Assembly: GCA_025061835.1 (NCBI GenBank)
Contig: JANXAC010000007.1
Location: 17,420 to 81,419, forward strand
Origin: Spirochaetota bacterium
GTDB taxonomy: Bacteria; Spirochaetota; Brevinematia; DTOW01
Direction of reading: 5' to 3'
DNA: 64,000 bases
Each line of letters opens with the position of its first letter. Within the stretch, counting starts at the first letter, position 1. The notes beneath the pieces are model-generated. The model saw nothing but the letters and a program-made list of their open reading frames with translations, did not search any database and was not told where the DNA came from. A program made the translations under genes and the position numbers. Of this stretch, positions 59,291 to 64,000 are shown piece after piece.

Positions 59291-60382
59291 ATGAACTTTA
59301 AGAAAGATGCGGTTTTGATCCTAAAAGATGGGACTGCGTTTTTTGGTAGGTCGGTCGGATACCGAGGAACTACTTGGGGGGAAGTCGTCTTCAACACTGG
59401 TATGACAGGCTATCAAGAAATACTAACAGACCCTTCATATCACCGGCAGATTGTTGTAATGACCTACCCTCACATTGGGAATTATGGTGTCAACCACAAC
59501 GATGTTGAGTCTGACTCTCCGAAAGTAGCAGGATTTGTAATGAGAGAAATCTGCGACTACCCGAGCAACTCCGACTCAAAAATGTCAATAAGAGAATACC
59601 TTGTGGATAACAAGATAGTTGCTATTGACAGAGTAGATACAAGAAGATTAACTAGACACATTAGAGACAACGGAGCAATGATGGCTATAATATCACACGA
59701 AATAGACCAAGTTGAAAAACTCAAGAAAGAAGTTAAAAACCTTCCTGACATGGTAGGACTTGATTTGACGATTGATGTCTCAACAAAGGAAAAAAAGACA
59801 ATCATAGAAGTAGAGAATAGTATCTATAATATCGTAGCTCTTGATTACGGTGTTAAATGGAATATCATAAGGTTGTTTGCAGAAAGAAAGGCTAGATTAA
59901 CTGTCTTACCATATAGTGTTTCATCTGATGATATTATGTCTCTAAAACCTGATGGTATCTTCGTTTCAAATGGTCCTGGAGATCCTGCAGCAACAACACA
60001 CGCTATAAAATTACTTAAAGAATTGATCGGCAAAAAACCTATCTTCGGTATATGTTTAGGACACCAACTCATATCTCTAGCCCTAGGCGGTAAAACATAT
60101 AAATTAAAGTTTGGACACCACGCAATTAACCATCCTGTCAAGAACTTGATGACAGGTAGAGTTGAAATAACTTCACAGAATCACGGATTTGCAGTTGATC
60201 CTTCTACCCTACCAAAGGATGTAGAGGTATCTCACATTAACCTGAATGATCAATCAGTAGAAGGTATAGTCTGTGAAAGTAGAAACCTTATGGCTGTTCA
60301 GTATCACCCAGAGGCAGGACCAGGTCCTCACGATTCAAGGTATCTTTTTGATGATTTTATCAAAATGATTGGAAAAGCTTAG
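59291..60382 (+). CDS. carA: Carbamoyl-phosphate synthase small subunit
   Basis: GEVVFNTGMTGYQE, SNGPGDP, GICLGHQ, QYHPE. Confidence 0.97.
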   Translation: MNFKKDAVLILKDGTAFFGRSVGYRGTTWGEVVFNTGMTGYQEILTDPSYHRQIVVMTYPHIGNYGVNHNDVESDSPKVAGFVMREICDYPSNSDSKMSIREYLVDNKIVAIDRVDTRRLTRHIRDNGAMMAIISHEIDQVEKLKKEVKNLPDMVGLDLTIDVSTKEKKTIIEVENSIYNIVALDYGVKWNIIRLFAERKARLTVLPYSVSSDDIMSLKPDGIFVSNGPGDPAATTHAIKLLKELIGKKPIFGICLGHQLISLALGGKTYKLKFGHHAINHPVKNLMTGRVEITSQNHGFAVDPSTLPKDVEVSHINLNDQSVEGIVCESRNLMAVQYHPEAGPGPHDSRYLFDDFIKMIGKA

Positions 60383-60391
60383 TGAGCCAAT

Positions 60392-60958
60392 CTACTCTCT
60401 ACCTATATACTCAAACTTCTCTGTATCTATCATTATTGAGTCTCCTGTTTTTATAAACCCCGGAACCATTATCTCTATATTCCCCTCAATCACTGCAGGC
60501 TTCCAAACACTCTTATCGGTTCCAGAAGATACATCACCTGTTTGTAGGACCTTAACCTTTATCTTCTCCGGTTTATTAACCGATATTGCTCTACCTTCGT
60601 AGATAACTACCTCAACCTCATCGTTCTCTTTTAGAAAGTTCCCAAATTTACCTAATGAAGAAGCGCTAACCTCATACTGCTCATAGTTCTCTTCATCCAT
60701 AAAGTAGAATGTATCTTGATCTTTGTATGAAAAAACACACTTTACCATCTGAACATCTGGTACTTCAACCTTGTCTGAAGGATTGAACCTTCTATCGTGA
60801 AAACTACCCGTTGAAAGGACAACATATTTCACATGAACTATTGATCCAAACTGACCACCACCACTTTTTTTGTCAATCTCTATAACTCTACAAACTTCAC
60901 CATCTATACTTAAAAAATCACCCTTATGAACGTCTACTACATTTTTTGTTTCTGCCAT
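60392..60958 (-). CDS. efp: Elongation factor P homolog with non-canonical tip loop
   Basis: EF-P layout (YFMDEENYEQ, KPAVIEG, VPGFIKTGD...DT..EY.GR); loop KSGGGQ instead of KPGKGQ; ATG 60958 after GGAGG. Confidence 0.85.
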   Translation of the reverse strand: MAETKNVVDVHKGDFLSIDGEVCRVIEIDKKSGGGQFGSIVHVKYVVLSTGSFHDRRFNPSDKVEVPDVQMVKCVFSYKDQDTFYFMDEENYEQYEVSASSLGKFGNFLKENDEVEVVIYEGRAISVNKPEKIKVKVLQTGDVSSGTDKSVWKPAVIEGNIEIMVPGFIKTGDSIMIDTEKFEYIGRE

Positions 60959-60980
60959 ACTATCCTCCAGGAGTAATTTA

Positions 60981-61009
60981 AGTTTATAAAAGTAAAATTT
61001 AACTTTCAA
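60981..61009 (-). promoter_or_regulatory. Putative sigma70 promoter of efp homolog
   Basis: Minus strand TTGAAA-N17-TAAACT. Confidence 0.45.
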
Positions 61010-61020
61010 TAGAAACCGGC

Positions 61021-61249
61021 TCTGAAGTTTATAGGATGGACCGGTAAAAATTAATGTGAAAGAATCTCATCTCGCCTCGTAAAATAAAGGTAAAAGAAAG
61101 AAAAACCAGCAAAAAACTATAAATCCCTTTATCGAAAACTTTCTATTTGATCTATTTTAAAGACAGGAAAGATTTGAAAACTGCGTGGGCAAGTTATGAA
61201 CACGAGGCATTAAGAGTTACTCTTCTACAAAAAAATACCAAACTCTTGA
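61021..61249 (+). repeat. Dispersed ~230-bp intergenic repeat, copy B (MITE-like)
   Basis: Aligns with the reverse complement of 40150-40376. Confidence 0.85.
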
Positions 61250-61274
61250 CAAAAACTCATAACATTGTTATAGA
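61246..61274 (+). promoter_or_regulatory. Putative sigma70 promoter of che operon
   Basis: TTGACA-N17-TATAGA with TG extended -10. Confidence 0.6.
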
Positions 61275-61312
61275 AAGAGACACGAATTATCTTTTATAAT
61301 GGCTTCAGAAGG

Positions 61313-61780
61313 ATGCTATCAATAACACCAGTTAGCGTAGATAATAGATTCTTTGGTATAGAGATTGACAACATAGTTGAGATAATAACAAATAAGGAAT
61401 TCTTCGTTATACCTAAAGTTCCAAGTTTTACCGTAGGTCTTGTCAATATGAGGGGTGAGATAATACCTGTGTTCAGTCTAGGAACTATACTTTTCGGAGT
61501 TAGGAAAGAGATAAACGGGAACATACTTAACAATGTTATAACTTGTAGAGTTGGGGAGAAAAAAATGTGTCTTCTGGTTGATAAACTATATAAGGTTGTT
61601 TATGCTGAAGAATCAGATATAAGGAGCTACACCGAGAATATTTGGAAAGACCTAAAGTTTGTGAAGTTTTTTGTTGATGTAAAAGAACTCAATACTCTAG
61701 TTGGCGTAATTGATGTTGAAAGCATAGTCAAATATATAGATAAATCAAACAGAGAATTCTACAAATCTACTAGGAGGTAA
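61313..61780 (+). CDS. cheW: Chemotaxis adaptor CheW
   Basis: FGIEIDNIVEI, IPKVP, GLVNMRGEIIPV, LLVD. Confidence 0.9.
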   Translation: MLSITPVSVDNRFFGIEIDNIVEIITNKEFFVIPKVPSFTVGLVNMRGEIIPVFSLGTILFGVRKEINGNILNNVITCRVGEKKMCLLVDKLYKVVYAEESDIRSYTENIWKDLKFVKFFVDVKELNTLVGVIDVESIVKYIDKSNREFYKSTRR

Positions 61781-61782
61781 TT

Positions 61783-62256
61783 ATGAGGATAGAATATATA
61801 AATCCTTTCATAGAGGCTACCTTTGAGGTCCTGTCAGAGGTTTTAAGAACAGATAGCATAAAGAGAGGTGAGCTCTTTCTCAAGAAGAGTATCACGCCAT
61901 CTCATTCTGTAAGCATAATAATAGGTATTACAGGCCCTGCTAACGGAAGAGTCATAATAGATATGGAAGAGCCTACAGCTCTAAAAATACTACAGGCAAT
62001 GACATCTAGTAGCTTTAATTCCATATCCCAAATAGGTGAGTATGAAAAATCTGCTTTAAGTGAGTTAGGTAACATAATAACTGGTAGCGCTATAGCAAAG
62101 TTATATAAAAAAGGATTTGCTTTCGTCCTGACCCCACCAACCGTTATAACAGGTAAAGACTACGATATTGATACACCACAGATAGAAACTCTAGTAGTTC
62201 CAATAATACTACCAATAGGGCAAATTGAGATAAACATTGCATTGAAAGAATCGTAG
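61783..62256 (+). CDS. cheX: Chemotaxis phosphatase CheX
   Basis: YINPFI, IGITG, SALSELGNIITG (ExxN), TPPTVITG. Confidence 0.93.
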   Translation: MRIEYINPFIEATFEVLSEVLRTDSIKRGELFLKKSITPSHSVSIIIGITGPANGRVIIDMEEPTALKILQAMTSSSFNSISQIGEYEKSALSELGNIITGSAIAKLYKKGFAFVLTPPTVITGKDYDIDTPQIETLVVPIILPIGQIEINIALKES

Positions 62257-62258
62257 TT

Positions 62259-62972
62259 ATGAAAGTAGGTATATTAACTAATATATTTCTCAGCGGAAGT
62301 AACATATCTTCGTACCTTAAAAGAAAAGGATTACAAGTAAATTTGATGTCTGTTTCACTTCTCTCAAAGGAAAACCTTCAAAACTTCGTCAAAAATAATG
62401 ACATTATTGTAATTGATGTATTTCCATCCGTATTAAAAGAAACGATAGCGAAAATAAGAGATCTTGATCTTAACAAACCTCTTTTCGTATTAGGTGATAG
62501 TCAATCTTACAAGGATATTATAGATATTTCAAGGATGGGTATATATAAGTATCTCAAAAAACCATTAGACCCACAAGTTCTTCTTAAACATATAAACGAA
62601 TATCAGTTGAGGGAAGAAATTAGCGAAAGGAATGCAAAGAAAGGTTTTGCTATATATACGAGAGTAGTAAATGGCATAACTACAGTTAATGTCCTTGGCT
62701 ATCTACAAGAAGAGATAATTGACGACTTAAAAGAAATAGTAAGTAAATCTAGCAAGGTAATAATATCCTTAAACGGAATAAGTTCCATGAGTCTAGACAC
62801 AGATGTCTTGAAACGGCTTAAAGAATTACTTAACAGCGGTTCTGAAGTCAAGTTTGTTCTGGTGAGAGAGAAAATAAAGAACATTTTAGTTGAAGAAGGA
62901 ATACAAGAAAGTTTAATATTCCCTAATGAATTTTCTGCAGTGAGAAGTTTTCAGTCAGGAGGTAATTTATGA
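62259..62972 (+). CDS. Atypical receiver plus STAS-like domain protein
   Basis: DIIVID, GIYKYLKKPLD receiver; C-terminal ITTVNVLGYL...VIISLNGISSM...VKFV STAS-like. Confidence 0.55.
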   Translation: MKVGILTNIFLSGSNISSYLKRKGLQVNLMSVSLLSKENLQNFVKNNDIIVIDVFPSVLKETIAKIRDLDLNKPLFVLGDSQSYKDIIDISRMGIYKYLKKPLDPQVLLKHINEYQLREEISERNAKKGFAIYTRVVNGITTVNVLGYLQEEIIDDLKEIVSKSSKVIISLNGISSMSLDTDVLKRLKELLNSGSEVKFVLVREKIKNILVEEGIQESLIFPNEFSAVRSFQSGGNL

Positions 62973-63376
62973 TAGAACAAGTAAACATAGTTAAACCTGA
63001 TGGTAGTAAATACAAAGCACTCGTCGTAGATGACTCGGCTTTTACACTAAAGCAGATTACTCAAATACTCATGTCAGCAGGTATTGAAGTGGTAGGTAAT
63101 GCTCCTAGGGGGGAGGATGCCATAAGAATGTATAAAGAACTTTATCCAAATGTTGATTTTATGACGCTTGACATTACTATGCCTGACATTGACGGTCTTC
63201 AGGTTCTTAAGGAAATCCTGTCTTTTGATAAAAACGCAAAAATAATTATGGTAACCGCTTTAGGAAGGGAAGATATAGTAAAGACTGCTATAATGAATGG
63301 TGCAAAGGGTTTCATCTTGAAGCCACTTGACAGATTAAAGGTTCTTGAAAGAATAAAAGCCATTCTTGGTGCTTAA
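62969..63376 (+). CDS. cheY: Chemotaxis response regulator CheY
   Basis: VVDDS, TLDITMP, MVTALG, ILKP. Confidence 0.92.
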   Translation: MIEQVNIVKPDGSKYKALVVDDSAFTLKQITQILMSAGIEVVGNAPRGEDAIRMYKELYPNVDFMTLDITMPDIDGLQVLKEILSFDKNAKIIMVTALGREDIVKTAIMNGAKGFILKPLDRLKVLERIKAILGA

Positions 63377-63392
63377 ATATGCTTAATACTTG

Positions 63393-64000
63393 ATGGTAGG
63401 AATAACGATAGGCGATCCTTCTGGAATAGGACCTGAGGTTATACTTAAATCAATACTGCAACTTAGTAATGATCAGTTAAGCAGAATCCTTCTAATAGGA
63501 AGCACAGAACTATTTAGGTTTTGGGCTAATTATTATGGTTTTGACTTAAATTTTCGCAACTATCAAGAGACTAAAGTTAAAGGTATTCCAGTAGTAGATG
63601 TTGGTATAGATTTTGGGAAGATAAGTTTAGAAGACTTAGTATCATCTGAAGAGTCATCTGCCAGAGTTTCGCTAGAAAGCATCAACAAATCAATTGAGCT
63701 TTTGAAATCTAGTGTAATAAATTCCGTTGTTAATTCTCCTGTGTCAAAAGAAAGAATATCAAGAATACATCAGGGTTTTAAAGGTCATACTGGATACTAT
63801 GCGAAGCATTTTGATATAACTAACTACAACATGGCATTTTATAGTGATGATTTTAGAGTTGTGTTGCTTACCGATCATATCCCTCTTATGGAAGTAGGTA
63901 GATATGTAAAGAAAGATAACATAAAGAGAACGATATTGAATTCCTATAACTGGGCTAGAACACTTGATAGGAATGATAATCCATTAGTTGGTATATGCGG
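63393..64000 (+). CDS. pdxA: PdxA family 4-hydroxythreonine-4-phosphate dehydrogenase (partial)
   Basis: Not in ORF track; manual translation MVGITIGDPSGIGPEV...NSPVSK...FKGHTG...LLTDHIPL; open to window end. Confidence 0.85.
   Translation, partial: MVGITIGDPSGIGPEVILKSILQLSNDQLSRILLIGSTELFRFWANYYGFDLNFRNYQETKVKGIPVVDVGIDFGKISLEDLVSSEESSARVSLESINKSIELLKSSVINSVVNSPVSKERISRIHQGFKGHTGYYAKHFDITNYNMAFYSDDFRVVLLTDHIPLMEVGRYVKKDNIKRTILNSYNWARTLDRNDNPLVGIC

Noticed and set aside
226-62884. Many short ORFs in the track lying antisense or out of frame to real genes (e.g. 613-972, 3864-4412, 23353-23865, 39066-39437, 48345-48827)
   Set aside because: Shadow ORFs of well-supported genes; no RBS or family motifs, and Ser/Ile/Phe-rich composition typical of antisense frames
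1-64000. rRNA, tRNA, CRISPR array, transposase or prophage genes
   Set aside because: No tRNA T-loop/CCA patterns, regularly spaced repeats or recognisable mobile-element ORFs seen

Overview
A gene-dense, AT-rich bacterial chromosomal region made up mostly of housekeeping genes. It covers translation (rplT, rplS, infB-nusA-rimP, tyrS, pheS, tilS), amino-acid, cofactor and nucleotide metabolism (serA, dapF, leuA, cimA, aroC, ribE, carA, glmS, tmk, gmk, pdxA) and a cheW-cheX-cheY chemotaxis block. It also carries a complete A2-type heme-copper oxidase cluster (cox3-SCO-cox2-cox1-DUF2231-like). CheX, a long FliH, McsA and spirochaetal-type lipoboxes, together with K/E/I/V-rich proteins, suggest a thermophilic spirochaete-like organism (inference; possibly Brevinematia). 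Many genes that normally sit in operons occur alone. I found no rRNA, tRNA, CRISPR array or transposase. The strongest leads are: an EF-P homolog with Gly where the modified Lys/Arg should be; a ~230-bp diverged repeat filling two divergent promoter regions (40.1 kb and 61.0 kb); an uncharacterised class III nucleotide-cyclase-like gene downstream of an orphan sugar-binding lipoprotein; a receiver-STAS protein inside the che operon; and a CstR-type (C-x-C) repressor with a distant tusA-dsrE pair. All family assignments come from reading motifs by eye; no searches were run.
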